Part shown: in pieces, positions 22,015 to 35,338 of the stretch | Position numbering within the stretch: position 1 is the first letter of the stretch | Layout: every line of letters begins with the position of its first letter | From: Girardia tigrina | Lineage: Eukaryota | Reading direction: 5' to 3' | NCBI GenBank assembly: GCA_001938485.1 | Contig: MQRK01243625.1 | Coordinates: forward strand, 1 to 64,000 | Length of the DNA: 64,000 nucleotides | Position numbers and translations under genes: made by a program | Notes under the pieces: generated by a model | The model's input: the letters and a program-made list of their open reading frames with translations, nothing else | Databases searched by the model: none | What the model was told of the DNA's origin: nothing

Positions 22015-23630
22015 TGTAAGATTTGGAAGTATAATTTATAAGATATTTTAATTCTCAACATTTAAATAATTATTAATGTTATTAAATATCTATATATCTA
22101 TATCCATATTCCTATTTATAAGAAACGGTTAAAAATAGAAATACTAAAAATATCCTCAAATAAATACATTTGTTTAAATAAACAGAAATTTTGTATAAAA
22201 ATTCAAAAATTGTAATTTAATAAATTATTTTAGTCCAGGCGTATTTTTTTCGTTATTTGAATGTCGTTCTTAACATGGTGACCATGACCTCTGAAATACT
22301 CCTAGCCAGAGTAATTGCAGACCGGTATATAAAAGGCAAAGACGGGGAATTATCCATCACCAAATGCGATTCAGGAAAGGTTCACAACAGGGAAACGCAG
22401 ACATGTTGTCAAGAAAAGATCGTTTATGTACTGTATTTCAATACTCCATAGAACAGATTGTTCCGCTCCCTTTTGACAATGACAACACAAACGAAAGGAA
22501 AAAACAGTAAAGATACAGTCAGATGAACCATTCGAGAAAATTTACATTGACATCTGCGGGTCTTTTAGAAACTTTAAAAAAGGAAAAATATATTATCGCT
22601 ATAATTGATCACTTCAGTAAATGCATAGTTCTGACGGCATATGCAATGCAAGAAGAAAACACAATTGTAAACATCATCAATAAGAACTGGATTATGAAAT
22701 TCGGCTCACCTAAAGAAATATATGTGGATTGTGGAAGGAGCTTCATATCTAAGAAGATGGCAGGCCTAGCGGCAAAATAGCTTGCCATCTTAAGGTAGGT
22801 ACTACCTTAATATTTTCCAGCCCATACCACCACAATACTAACGGAATCATAGAATGGCAAATCAGAACGATACGGGAATATATAAATGCTTCGTTGAGAG
22901 ACAGAGAAAAAACAAATTGGGCTACATTACTTCCTGAAATAGAAGGGATGACATCGACAGCATGTCTAATAGATGATTGAAATAGAAATAGAAATTAGTT
23001 TAAACGCCACAGTACATAAAACAACAGGTTTCAGTCCCGCAGAGGTAAAATTTGGAAGGTAGATTAACCGTTCGGGTTGCTTACCAATGAACAAGATGCC
23101 CCTGGCAGATATTATAAAAAAATTAGAGAGAAACAAACAAAAAACACCGAAATAACATGACGACATTTTCAGATATGGGAGGTGGTTTGGATAAAGAAAG
23201 AGATTCGAGACAAGCACTAAGACAATTACGAAGGTCCATATACAATCATAGACAAAATCCACGATAGGAGCTAAATACTTCATAACTCAGACAACAAAAT
23301 AGTCATCCGTAACGTTGAGAAATTAAAAATCTTAAAAAAAGGGGGTTGTATGATTTGTAAGTATAATTTATAAGATATTTTAATTCTCAATATTTAAATA
23401 ATTATTTATGTTATTAAATATCTATATCCATATTCATATTTATAAGGAACGGTTAAAATAGAAATACGAAAATATCCTCAAATAAATACAATTGTTAAAT
23501 AAACAGAAATTTTGTGTGAAAATTCAAAAATTGTCATTTAATAAATTATTTTAATCCAGGCGTATTTTTTTCGTTATTTAAATGACGGAAGAAACAGGAG
23601 ACATTTATACGACCAATGTCGTTCCTAACA
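22015..23630 (+). mobile_element. Complete miniature non-autonomous LTR retrotransposon (Ty3/gypsy-derived, 1616 bp)
   Basis: TG...CA LTRs at 22015-22275 and 23347-23630; PBS TGGTGACC at 22276; PPT AAAAAAAGGGGG; 5-bp TSD AATTT (22010-22014, 23631-23635). The interior holds only a decayed integrase (IIDHFSK...DCGRSF...PYHHNTNGIIE...YEGPYTI). Confidence 0.95.
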
Positions 23631-23644
23631 AATTTAATTATTTA

Positions 23645-24447
23645 AATTTGTAGCGTTTCTCCATGATCGGACAATATGAACCTCGGGATGTGTGGAATTG
23701 CAATGAAACAGGACTTAACTATCAGAACCCTCCCTCAAAAAGTTTTGTCGCACCCGGTGATGATTGTAGGGGTATTGCCAACTTTCGGCAATAGAGTTTT
23801 TATATTTGCCAAAAACATAACTTCCATAACACAGCCATTGGATATTGGTTTGATAAAGGCATTCAAGGATCATTACAATAATTCTCTTGTTGATTTTTTG
23901 GCAACTGAAGATGATTTAAATAATGATCTATTTAAAAACATTAATATTAAAAATGCTATTGTTTTTACTCCTGTTGCCTGCGAGTTAATATCCAAAGAAT
24001 CGATTATTAATTGTTTCAAAAAGGCATTTTCCAAAAAAGAAGAAACCAACCAAAATATGAAAATTCATATGCTTGAGGAAGACATAGAGGACGTTATTGT
24101 TGAGGTTTATGAAGAAAATTTATCAGAACCGCTGGAGGATACCGGAAAAGCTAAAATTTGTGAAAAAGTTCGTTATGATAAACTAAAGCTGGATGGGAAA
24201 AACTTAAAGAATTGGAAGATGTTATTAAATATATACATTTTGATGTTCAAAAAGAATACATTAAATTTAGAATGCAATTTAATAATTTTTTAAGGAAGGA
24301 ATTTAAATTTGAGAAAAGAATAACTGATTATTTTAAAAAATTGGAATAAATTTTATTTAGTTTTTCGATGTTTTTTAACTTTTTGGGTATTTTTTGGTTT
24401 TGGGGGCAAAATTTGATATTTTTTGCCCCAAAACCGAGGGTGGACTG
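23645..24447 (+). mobile_element. 3' part of a Tigger/pogo element
   Basis: VWNCNETGL and KNITSITQPLDIGLIKAFK motifs. The right TIR ends ...CCGAGGGTGGACTG-TA. Confidence 0.8.
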
Positions 24448-24899
24448 TAATTACAATTTCTTTTATAAACTTTGTTTTAATAATAAACCTTTTTAAAAAA
24501 CGAACTTTGATTTTTTTATATTATTCAATTTTATGATGGATAATTGTTTTTTCGTCCACACACAGTTCGGAAATTCTCCGTAGGATATTTATCATTTGGC
24601 ACTCCGGTTCAATCCGTTGAGTGCCAAAATTATTCAATTGTTGGTTAGGTTTTTATCAAAAACCTCCACCAACAAAATTAAATAATTATTTTTAATTATG
24701 GAGTTTTCATTAAGTAAAATTTTAATTATAAAATATTTTCAATATTCATATAAATTGAAAGCTACATACATAAAAGCTACCAGAATGGAAAATCGCTTTA
24801 TTTATTTAAAGTATTTCAAGTTTAAAAAAACTCCAAATAGTAATCCTTCTTTTAGTCATATAACATTACTTTAAATAAAAATACGGAATTTAAGAGAAA

Positions 24900-25130
24900 A
24901 AGTATTGTATAAGATATTGTATCAGATGACTCGACTCGCAAAATATTTAAGATGACTCAACTCGACTTGTGACTCGTAAAAATTTTAGTGTCTTCTCTCG
25001 TGAAATGTAAAATATTAAGAGTGACTCAACTCTTTACTCGTAAAACGTTTGAGATTCAACTCGCAAAAGATTTAGGGCGATTCCATTCAACTCGAGTCGA
25101 GAAAATAGTGACTCGACGACAACAATGAAT
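24900..25130. repeat. GACTCGACTCG subterminal-repeat array (probable non-autonomous hAT-like end); related array at 27870-27996
   Basis: Multiple spaced GACTC(G/A)ACTC motifs ending ...GACAACAATG. The second array ends ...GATAACACTG. Confidence 0.55.
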
Positions 25131-25270
25131 TAAACTACGGAAAGCTGATGTTATTTTAAAGATATATTGTGTGAGTCTTATCGGGTTTTTATTTAAAGCA
25201 TCATGATATTTAGATTGAATAAATAAAATACATTACTGTAATTATATTTAAAATCATGATATAATATGTA

Positions 25271-27694
25271 CACTAAAACCTCGATTTGCGTCGTTTCGAT
25301 TTGCGTCGTTTTCGAAGTTGCGTTGTTCTTGAAATTTCGTGATTTCAGAGTTGCGTCGTTACAATTTCGATTTGCGTTGCGTAAATTTTATATGTACATA
25401 TAAAGGGGATTTCGCATTTCGATTAGGGGATTTCCAGGAAAAATAATTTTGGTTTTGATAATTACATGTAATTTATAGTTAGTTTTTCTAGGCTTTGTAT
25501 ATAATGGTACAATTTACATAATGGCCTTTCTCAAAAGTAAATTAAAAGTTTTGATTAAAAATAATTTAGTTGTTAAAAAATTATATTAATTGTTAAAAAT
25601 TTAGTTCTTAAAGTGTTGGTTAAAAAAACAATAAGTGTTTGTAAAATATAAATTTAATGGTGGTTAAATAAATTAAAAGTGTTGTTAAATAAAAACTATA
25701 ATGAGTCAAAAGCGCAAACAAATTAGTTTGAAACTGAAATTAGAAGTGTTAAAACGTTTTAAATCTGGTGAAAAATCTGTTGATATTGCCAGAAATCTTA
25801 GTTTAGCTCCTACAACAGTGAGAACAATTTGTAATCGAGATGCTGAGCAAATAAAAGAGTTTGCTAAAACCAGTACACCATTACAATCAAAACAAACTAG
25901 TACCAAAGTAAGAAGTTCAATTATGGTAAAAATGGAGTCCCTACTTAGCATTTGGATAGAGAACCAAAATCAGCGCCGGATGCCACTCAGCAAAATGATT
26001 ATACAGAACAAAGCCTTAAGTATTTTTAATGACATTAAAAAGAATTCGCCACCATCAAGCGGAAAAAATTTAGAAAAATTCAAAGCTAGTCAAGGTTGGT
26101 TCGAACGGTTTAAAAGTAGAGCAAAACTTAATAATGTTGTCTTGAAGGGAGAAGCTGCCAGTGCAGATATAGCAGCTGCTAATAAATTTAAAATAGAATT
26201 AAAAGCTATTATTGAAGAAGGTGGTTATTCTTCGAAGCAAATCCTGAATGTTGACGAAACTGGCCTTTATTGGAAACGACTACCAGGCAGAACTTTCATA
26301 TCCAAAACTGAAAAATCTTGTCCTGGATATAAGGTTAGTAAAGATCGGCTAACACTTCTTCTAGGAGGAAATGCAGGTGACTTCAAATTTAAACCCTTTC
26401 TGATTCACCACTCTGAAAACCCAAGGGCTTTTAAACATGTGGATAAAAGTGCTCTTCCGCTTTATTGGCGTTTAAATGAGAAAGCATGGATGACTGCAGC
26501 ACTATTTAAAGATTGGGCAGAAAATTGCTGTGTTCCTGAGTTGAAAACTTATTGCCGAACTCAAAATATTGATTTTAAAATGTTGATATTGGTAGACAAT
26601 GCTCCATCACACCCAATTTATCTCGACGAAATTTCAGCAAATGTGAAATTTATTTTTATGCCACCAAACACCACATCCATCATACAACCGATGGATCAAG
26701 GTGTGATATCAAATTTTAAATGTTATTACCTTCGACGAACGTTTAGTCAGCTTCTTGAATCAACTGATGGAAATGATAAGCCTACCAAAATTCTGGAAAA
26801 ATTACAACATCTTGATGGCTATCGAAAATATCAGCCATTCATGGATGAAAGTTAAAAAAACATGTATGAACGGAGTTTGGCGTCAACTATGGGCAGAAAG
26901 TGTTTCTAAAGATGTAGAAGTTGATATTCTACCAACCGTACGTAAAGAAATTGCTGAATTAGCTAGAGAAGNNNNNNNNNNNNNNNNNNNNNNNNNNNNN
27001 NNNNNNGAAATATTGATATCACACGATAAAGAGCTCAACAACGAAGATTTAATTTCTTTAAATATTGAACATTCTTTGGTGGATGATATTGATTCTCATG
27101 ATGTGGTTCCAGAAGAAAAACATTTAACGTCTGGTTCTATTTCGAAAGCGATGCAACTAATTTCACAGGCAATGGACATTTTTGCAGATAATGACCCTGA
27201 CGAAAATAGAAGTCTAAATATTACACGAGCAATAGATAATGCTATCAATTGCTATAAAGAAATTTATATAGAAAAAAAAGCGGGAAAAGTTCAGCAAACT
27301 TTGGACAACGTTGTAACCAAATCAGTTCGAGAACCAAACCAGTCTACAGAAATAATGATCGATTTAGAATCGTCAAGTTCATCAAATTAGAATTATCAAA
27401 AAAAATACAACATATGGATTTTTATTCTGTTTATTTAAGGAAATTTTGTTAATTTATTTAATATTTAATAAATTTGTGTGTTAAATTTTATTTTTTATTT
27501 AATAAATTTATGTATTATATTTTATTTATGTTGGTTTATGTATATTATGAAAATAATTGAAATAAAAATAGTTTATAATGCAAGGAAATATTTTATTTAG
27601 TACTAATCAACAAAATAGTTATATAGGAAAAATGAATTTCGATTTGCGTCGTCATTTTCGGGCCCAATTAACGACGCAAATCGAGGTTTTAGTG
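25271..27694 (+). mobile_element. Full-length Tigger1-like transposon (2424 bp), one frameshift
   Basis: Perfect 25-bp TIRs CACTAAAACCTCGATTTGCGTCGTT with TA TSD and internal TCGATTTGCGT repeats. ORFs 25701-26855 and 26755-27390 contain HTH/CENP-B (FKASQGWFERFK) and DDE motifs (NVDETGLYW, LVDNAPSHP, QPMDQG). Confidence 0.96.
25701..27390 (+). pseudogene. Tigger (TIGD1-like) transposase, frameshift near 26780
   Basis: Two overlapping ORFs form one continuous transposase if one frameshift is corrected. Confidence 0.9.
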
Positions 27695-29698
27695 TATGTT
27701 ATTTTTAAACGACTGCAGATATAAATTTTTTACTACAAATTATCATATTTTGTAATAATTAGTTGTAAATATTTTAAAAATCAATATTAATTAAAGAATA
27801 ATTATAATTATACAGCCCAATTGTACATTGTACAGCCCAATTTAACTTCATATAATATTTTATGATTTGAATGAGTCAAATAAGAAGTGAGACTTGACTT
27901 GACCTTTTAATCTTAAAACGCTTCAGTCACTCGACTCGTGACTTGTAAAAAAATAAGAGACTCGACTCGTAAAGTATTAAGGGTTACGATAACACTGTAA
28001 TATATTAACAGCTACGTCTCCGCCAAGTCCTAATAAATTAGAAAACTTTTTATTATAGAAACATAAGTAAAATGTTTTGAATCACTCTTCAGTTATACTA
28101 AACTATTAACAAAATAGCTGGACAACTCCGTTGCTGTCAAATTTAATAGCAATAAACGATTTGTGCCCCAGAAGTTTCTTCTGATTTTTTATTTAGGGTC
28201 ATCAAACAGCACTTTTATGAAAATTATCGTGAATTAAAACAAATTTATTTTTATTATTATGTTGACAAGAATCGATTACTTCTTATCATATTTTATTTCT
28301 AATTTATTATTAAATTTGAAATTAACAGTCGAATATGCAAATAATTATTCAAAATCAATGATTAATAATGAAAATAATTTATGGGGTATTCTAAATATTT
28401 GTATTTTAGTTATATTTACCGACCTATTTTTATCGAATATTATGTTTATCTTTTTATCAATAAGTTCATTTATTTTTCAAATAACAAAAATACTCTAATT
28501 TCAGAGTTTTCCATTCAGTTGTGACAATGTTTCAAATGTTTTTGACAATTTTTAATAGATTTTGACTATTTTTCAAAAGGTTTTTGACAATTTATAAAAA
28601 AATAATACAGTTAGTGCCCGATTTACGCACTTACGTAACAAAACAATACTCCAATTATTTTTGAAATTTTTTAAGAATTATCAAAATTAATATTCATATT
28701 ACAATATCTAAAATATGACATTAATTATCTGAGATACGATTATATATACTAAATAATAATTTTACTTCAAATGTAGAATCTTTAATATTTACATTATTTT
28801 TTGTGTAAATTTTAATTTTAAATTACTGAACGATAACCAATGGCGATATTTAGATTTGCAAATTTACAGACTGACTATGTATTGGAATTTTTTGGAAATT
28901 TATGTAAATTTATAAAACATTTTATGAAAATTTCTTTGAACTATCAAATATTCAATGAGTTTCAAAGATATTATAATTTAAATTAGAATTATTATTATAG
29001 GGTTTTCATTTTAAATTTAATTATAAATTGATATTTTTTCATTTTAAAATGAAATTTTATATTTTGAAATGAAATTTTTTTAATTTTTATTTGAATTTCT
29101 TATTTATAATAGGGATTTTTTCTGTAGATTAGAAACTTTTGATTTAAATTATAATCGAACCTATTTTGATAATGACAAATTGACCGTAAAAAGGTAGCTC
29201 GGCAGTTGGATGTAAATCATTTAGCCCTTTGGAAAAATTGTAGGGTATTGCTGACTAGGAAAACAAAATATATTGTTACAAGAGGCAACAATCCAAAAAA
29301 TGACGTGAAAAGCTTATAATCTTCATAAAAGACCATATCTATGAGAAATGTGATTGCACATTAGAAATAAAAATTATAATAATTAATCTTTGGTCTAAGT
29401 TGAAACTTAGATTAGTTAGTTAAACTAAGTGAGTAAAATTCATAATGAAATAAAAACTAAGTGGATTAACAACAGTAATTAGTATTTGAGAGAAACAAAT
29501 TATTTGTCATTTTTAGTCGGATTTATCATTTTTTATGAGCAACTCAAATTGGAGGTCAGAAGTTTGAAAAAGTGATGATGAAAGATTTTCGAGTTTATTG
29601 TAAAAACTTTAAAAATTTTGTTTCAAAAAATTGAAAATATGCAATATTCTCAAATTTCCAATGTTAGTGACAATGAAATAATGTTTTTTATTCATATA

Positions 29699-30280
29699 TG
29701 TTGTACAATAATATAAATTAAACAAACTCTAAACGCTAGTTCATTAAAACACTAATAACATTCCTACATATTTACTACACACCCCCTTCTCTAAAGATCA
29801 TCAGATAAATCTTCATGTTTAAGTCAAAAAATCACACAATCTTTCTGGTATCCCCGCCTGCCGTCTGGGCTGCCGATACAATTCTCCATTCAGTTGGACT
29901 GCGGCCTTGTCCTCGTTTTCTTCCACCACATAGCTAATCTGGTTAGGATGGACATCCGCAACATTCCGCGGTATTCCGCCAATCTCCACCACTTACGGTG
30001 CTGGAATCGCAGTCACTGCGTCTTGTGACCACAGTGTAGTATATCTTGTTTCAGGTGTTTCACTACCACTTTGTCTCCCACCTCATAATCGTTTCGCTTG
30101 TTTGTAGACGTTGATATCATTTCCTCGGATCGATCAATAGTTGTGCTCTCACTTCTTGGCACTCTCTAGGGGTTCTTGAAAATTTTCCGGTGTGGAATTG
30201 AATCTTGGCCTTTTCCCCTTGAGTTGCCATATTGTACAAGTGCAATATCCGCAGTACATTTCCCCCGCATCCTGTCATCA
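29699..30280 (-). mobile_element. 3' end of a Ty3/gypsy element (integrase tail, PPT, short putative LTR)
   Basis: Minus strand YEVGDKVVV...VVEIGGIPRNVADVHP...RQAGIPERLCDF, then PPT AGAGAAGGGGG and a TG...CA segment at ~29779-29699. Confidence 0.7.
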
Positions 30281-30299
30281 TTCTCTTGATTGTGCTGTG

Positions 30300-30557
30300 G
30301 TTGTGTTCTACGAGGACATCATTTCGCGAATTTGGATGAAATGAAAACAGCAGTCAGTGCGTGGATTGCGGAGACACCGTGTATTTTCTTCGATAATGGT
30401 ATTAGGAAGTTGACACAGAGTTGGGAAAAGTGTGTGAAACTGAATGGGGATTATATTAAAAGGTTCGATAGCGATTTTGATGAGGATTGATCAATTTTGT
30501 TAACTGGATTAAACTTTTTGAATTTGTTGTTACTTATCAGTCCGCGAACTTTTGGGA
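30300..30557 (+). mobile_element. mariner 3' end fragment
   Basis: LRGHHFANLDEMKTAVSAWI...FFDNGIRKLTQSWEKCVKLNGDYI, the mariner C-terminus, followed by a TIR-like tail. Confidence 0.85.
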
Positions 30558-31694
30558 AATAAGATTGTTGTAAGATTGGGAAATAAGATTGTCATAAGAT
30601 TGATGGATTGAATAGCATTTGAAACAATTCTTGTTAGTGAGTTCCAGGTTTTGTTAGTAAACTAGCTGACATCGATGATGCTGTTTATTTTACGGCTGAC
30701 TTGGTCTATGATGGAAAGTAATAATGAGGGTCGTCTGTACATGGGACAAGAATCAAATGCCCATTATTATGTATTTATAATCAATATTGGTGCGTCTCAA
30801 TGTAATGTACAATTTGCTCAAACCGCTGTTGGAGAAATACATTCAAACTTGTGGACCATGGAGAATAATTAACAGATCAATTAACAGAAACCCCGTCTGC
30901 ACTGTTTTCCGTGGTTAGAATAAAATTTATATAATTTCCGTACGACCCAAGAATCCCTACGCAACTGCGCGGGGCCTACTAACATCAATGGCCATTTCAC
31001 CGAATCATCCACTTAGATAAGTAAATATTAAAAAAAAAGACAATACAAATCAGCGTACCAATGAAATACTAAAAAAGTAATGCTTTAGTGATTTGGTAGA
31101 ATCATTAAACATGTGTCCTATAGCTAATAATGATGTTGTGAAAGAATTTTTATCCTATATGTTGTATAACCTTTTACCTCGAATTTTTTGCCACTCAAAG
31201 ACATTGATAATGCTGAGTTTTTTTTAATTATTTAGTGATGACAATGAATATTTTTAGAAGTCTATAGATTAAGCGTTAGATAAGGATAGTTTTATGAAGG
31301 AGAGAGGCATTTCAAATAGCTTTCTTAATATTATTCGCGGTAATTTGAATGAAGCGTTTCATCTGGTTAAAATTTTTACTAAATACTTTGCGATCAATAT
31401 TTTTTTTCTTTTAAGCCTTGTCAACAATGTTTAGATATGGTCGAATATCAATATTGTTGACCAATTAATATAATTATCGAAATATAAATAATTATTCATC
31501 GAAAAATTAATTTTGAAAAATAACAAAATAAACTGGAGCTTCTCGGTGAGAATATAATAAATAAAATTTATGTCATAAAATTCTAAGGAATAAGTATAAC
31601 TCTAACTTCAGTAATATTTTATCATTATGAGTAAATTGTTTAATAAATAGAAGTTAAATAAAAACGAACAATTTTATTAACAAAATTAAATATA

Positions 31695-31853
31695 TTAAGC
31701 TTCTTCGACATTTTCTTCCACATTTTCTGTTTCTTCAGTCGAGACTTCTTCGGTCGACTTTACAACTTCTTTCAGTTCTTCGACTGCGGCCGATTCGACA
31801 TTCTCGACGATTTCTGCGACTTCCGCAATGATTTAATTTTCTTCGGTGTTCAT
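31695..31853 (-). pseudogene. Short E/V-rich acidic peptide ORF (52 codons, one in-frame TAA)
   Basis: MNTEEN*IIAEVAEIVENVESAAVEELKEVVKSTEEVSTEETENVEENVEEA*, with strong GNN codon periodicity and a downstream AATAAA. Confidence 0.55.
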
Positions 31854-32507
31854 TTTGCGATGATATAAATAAATATTTCTGATGAATATGTTACGGTCCA
31901 CTATCGTTAAATTTCAGTTAAAAAACAAAACATCCTAGTAGAACACGCATAAATCAAAATACATAAAATAAGAAAAACCAAGAGAATACTATTATGCAAT
32001 ACATATATTAAAAACAAACAATAAAAGAGATAAGTTCTTTCGAGATCCCTTTCACGACGCCCTGAGAATAGTTATCGGAACGAAACAATTAATTAGAAAA
32101 CCCGACAGAAAACAAATAAGTCACCTCTTGGACGACCCGTTGTTGCTAAGTGGTCAACCGACCCTCCACGTGTAGCCCTCAGCGAGACCAATCCTTGAAT
32201 GCCGCCCGCGAAGTAATTGAATTTTTCTGGAAAAAGTTATACCCCTGAAAAGATACATAAATTAATTAAAGAAGGACAAAGGCCATTTAAGTCAGACAAA
32301 GAATAGTAAATTAAACTTACGGTGAGTCAGGCCCACAAAGGAAGAACAACGTCACGCGATGAATAGTCACCGGTGACAAAGGAGCCTTGTGACGAAGCAG
32401 TTTGGGCATGCCACATGGAAACAACCAGCCCTGACGAATAGAAATCCAAAATTACTTGTAACAGCCAACCAGAAGCGGCCACGAAGAGAACACACCCGGT
32501 AAGCGAA

Positions 32508-33010
32508 ATGGTAAGTCTTATAAATATAACATTCACTCAGACAAAAACTCATAATTTTTTGCACAATTTTCGCAATTTACACAATTTTCACAATGTTTAC
32601 AATTCTCAACAATTTTTCACACAATCTCAGAACGACTTTAAGCCGATAACCCGGACGATTGTTGCAAATTATCGAGAACCAGTTAACGACGACAAGAAAC
32701 CACACGAAGAAAAGAGGACCCCGACTAGAAGACGCGCAACCGCAGAGAACTAAGCGAGAATTCTACTTCGAGAAGGACTTCGACAAGAAGAAATTGAACC
32801 GAGCTTAGACGAGGACCGTAGCATCTACGAATCTCTCGTTACAACCGAAATCGATCCACGATACCTAAAGGGATGCTTCTATCCAGAGACGCGTCGATGA
32901 ACCGAGGAGCCTACACGAGTTAACGACGAGCGATTTACCGAGCGGACCTTCGGGCACTTACACGCACCGCGTGATTTTAATGTAATTTTATTTTTTTTTA
33001 CTCTTTTAGT
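32508..33010 (+). pseudogene. Orphan mini-gene: ATG, 120-nt intron, ~125-codon exon with two stops
   Basis: ATG|GTAAGT...CTCAG (32511-32630, filled with ~10-nt ACAATTTT repeats). The exon is GC-rich and rich in R/E/D/T; AATAAA follows at ~33023. Confidence 0.45.
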
Positions 33011-33181
33011 TTTTTTTTACACAATAAAAGTATTTTGGCGAAATTCTTACGATTTTTTTTTATTTTTCTATACGTTTTGATTTTACTGTGTCAATGTCGT
33101 AGTTTAAGTGATTGCCCTGAAAGAGTGACCAAACAGTGTTGTTCTTAATCGTTCAGACTAATATCGTTTAATAGATCAAAC

Positions 33182-33445
33182 ATGGTCATCATAAGCACGG
33201 ACGATCGTGTTTCTACCGTTTATTTAATCTTTTAGCCACAGTTCGTCGCCCCGCCGTCGTCGCCTTCAACTATGCCCTGGGAGAATTTGCGTTCCAACGC
33301 GCGCTGGAGGAGCGTCGGTAATCACACCGACCCAATTATCGTCGAAGTAGTTTCGGTGCCCCTCGAATTGTTTCTACGAGATAGCCATGACCAATCGAGG
33401 ATGCAGAATCGTGAGTTCGTCCGTGTCGTACGGCCGAGTAACTAG
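33182..33445 (+). CDS. Orphan mini-gene, 70 aa if a 51-nt intron after the ATG is spliced
   Basis: ATG|GTCATC...TTTAATCTTTTAG|PQFVAPPSSPSTMPWENLRSNARWRS...RVVRPSN*. The donor is weak. Confidence 0.4.
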
Positions 33446-34014
33446 AACGAAACCCTTTCTTTTAAATATACCTTAGCTTATGGTTTTAGTCACCGTCTTG
33501 TTATTATTGCTTATTTTTATCAGTGATTATTATAGTAAGGGACGTAGTATCCCAAAGTGTTATTGACCCCACCTGGTTATTAGTTATTTATTAAGTGTTT
33601 AATTTTACAGTAATGTCTAATTGTAGGAAATGTTTAATTTAGTCAATTTAAGAAAATTAGAATCTGAGTGAATTATAAAATTTTACGAACGAATGTTGAT
33701 TATCTGTAGTAAATAATTCTGACAATTAAAATCCACAGTACCGATACCTTCATATTTTACTGGCCATGTAGTCATGCCATAGAAAACGCCAACGAGGCGA
33801 ATAAGAATAGAAAATTTTTTGGGGAAAATCGAAAAAACATCCCAAGGTTGAGATGCAATTTATATCATTAAAACAAACGGATTTCAAGCTGAATCTGCAT
33901 ATAATTTATTTTGTGAATATTAAGTTACTAAAATTACTAGGTGGAAGTTATCGTATAAACACCAACGAAGAATACTCATAATTTACTAATTCATTTACCC
34001 TTGAATTCTATTGA

Positions 34015-34300
34015 CAATAATTTTTATTGAAATTATCGGATAATCTTACAGCCAATTTATTTTACTCTATTAATGATAATTTTGTTGAAATTGGCAGACG
34101 AGAATGATTTTATAACTAAATTTATTATATGAATGATAATTTTACTGAAATTAACAGACGAAAATGATTTCATAACTAAATTTATTTTGCGCTATTAACC
34201 ATAATTTTAATTGAAATTAGCAGACGGACACAATTTTATAAATGACTTTATTTTGCTCTATAATTTTATTGAAGTTAGCGAACGAAGACTATTTTACGAA
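34015..34300 (+). repeat. Degenerate ~60-bp tandem repeat, 5 units
   Basis: Recurring TAATTTT..TGAAATT..CAGACG....ATTTT. One frame gives a repeated LKL(A/T)DENDFITKFI. Confidence 0.8.
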
Positions 34301-35192
34301 TATCAACGGTTTTCTTTGAGGGAGGCGCAAAATTACTTTGTAAATATTAATAATTAACTATGAAGATACGTATGTAAATTTTGACAATAGGATAAAAACT
34401 GTTTCATAAATAGTAGTAATTTTATTTGAGGAATTGCGTATAGAAATTATTTAATTCTAGTATTAGTGATATATGCAATAAAAGAGGGAGTGAGGAATAC
34501 GACGATTCTTATAAAATTACGACTGTCGAATAACACTAAATAATAATGACGAAATAGTGATACAAGGATTAGAAAAAGCTGATGTTGATCGTTTACTTGA
34601 TGACGTTGATTAATAACAAAAACTATTAACGATTTAATTTACGATTTAAAATATTTTACGAATCAGTGTGAAAACGAATTTAATTTAGATCGATAATTAA
34701 GTCAAAGTTAAAATTTTTTTATAGATAAATGAACGCAATCCGAATTTATTTAACGAAATTTTGCTTGATGAATATTTTAAAAATCGAGTTAACAAATGAA
34801 GTAACTATCGGATCGCTGTAGAGATTTTAACCCATGTTATTTATTGATTTATAAGTTGAATTTATGTGCGGGCGAAAACTGCTCTAATTTTCAGTTTTAT
34901 AGTACGCTGCTATCTCGAATAGTAATAATTTTGTTACGACACTGACAAATTTTGTTTTGAACTATTTCCGACTTTTATAAGACTGTTATGATGATTCTGA
35001 CAATTTAGTTCTAACACTGATAATTATAAGTCATTCGCAATAGATGATAAGGCATCGAATTATAGTTAGGAAAAACATCATCCCCGAGCGACACTCCGCT
35101 AGGTGGGGGGCCCATAGCCCATCCCATCTTTATCCGAACCCGCAGGCCCTTCAGACTCGGTACTGCCAGGCAGATGTCAAGCGAGAAGAGGC

Positions 35193-35338
35193 GTCCGACC
35201 CATAAATAAATCTAGTACTTAGGTGAGTGTTAAAACAGTCTGTGAAATAGTATAAGCTGATATCGGGTTGTGACTGACCCTTAATAGTCACTGGGGGCTC
35301 TGAGCGTTCAAAACTGCTACGAACAAATGGGTCGTGAC
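35193..35338 (+). ncRNA. Candidate structured RNA domain with closing helix and H-type pseudoknot
   Basis: Closing helix GTC-CGACCCAT / ATGGGTCG-T-GAC. Pseudoknot S1 35265-35268/35277-35280 and S2 35270-35276/35285-35291. Confidence 0.4.

Noticed and set aside
25271-25295. CACTA/EnSpm transposon
   Set aside because: The TA TSD and Tigger-type transposase identify it as pogo/Tigger.
31695-33010. Stop-codon reassignment (in-frame TAA/TGA in mini-genes)
   Set aside because: Host exons in the window have no internal stops and end at standard TAA. Single-base decay is the simpler explanation.
34015-34300. CRISPR-like array
   Set aside because: Eukaryotic context. The units are degenerate whole-unit tandem repeats without constant repeats and unique spacers, and no cas genes are present.
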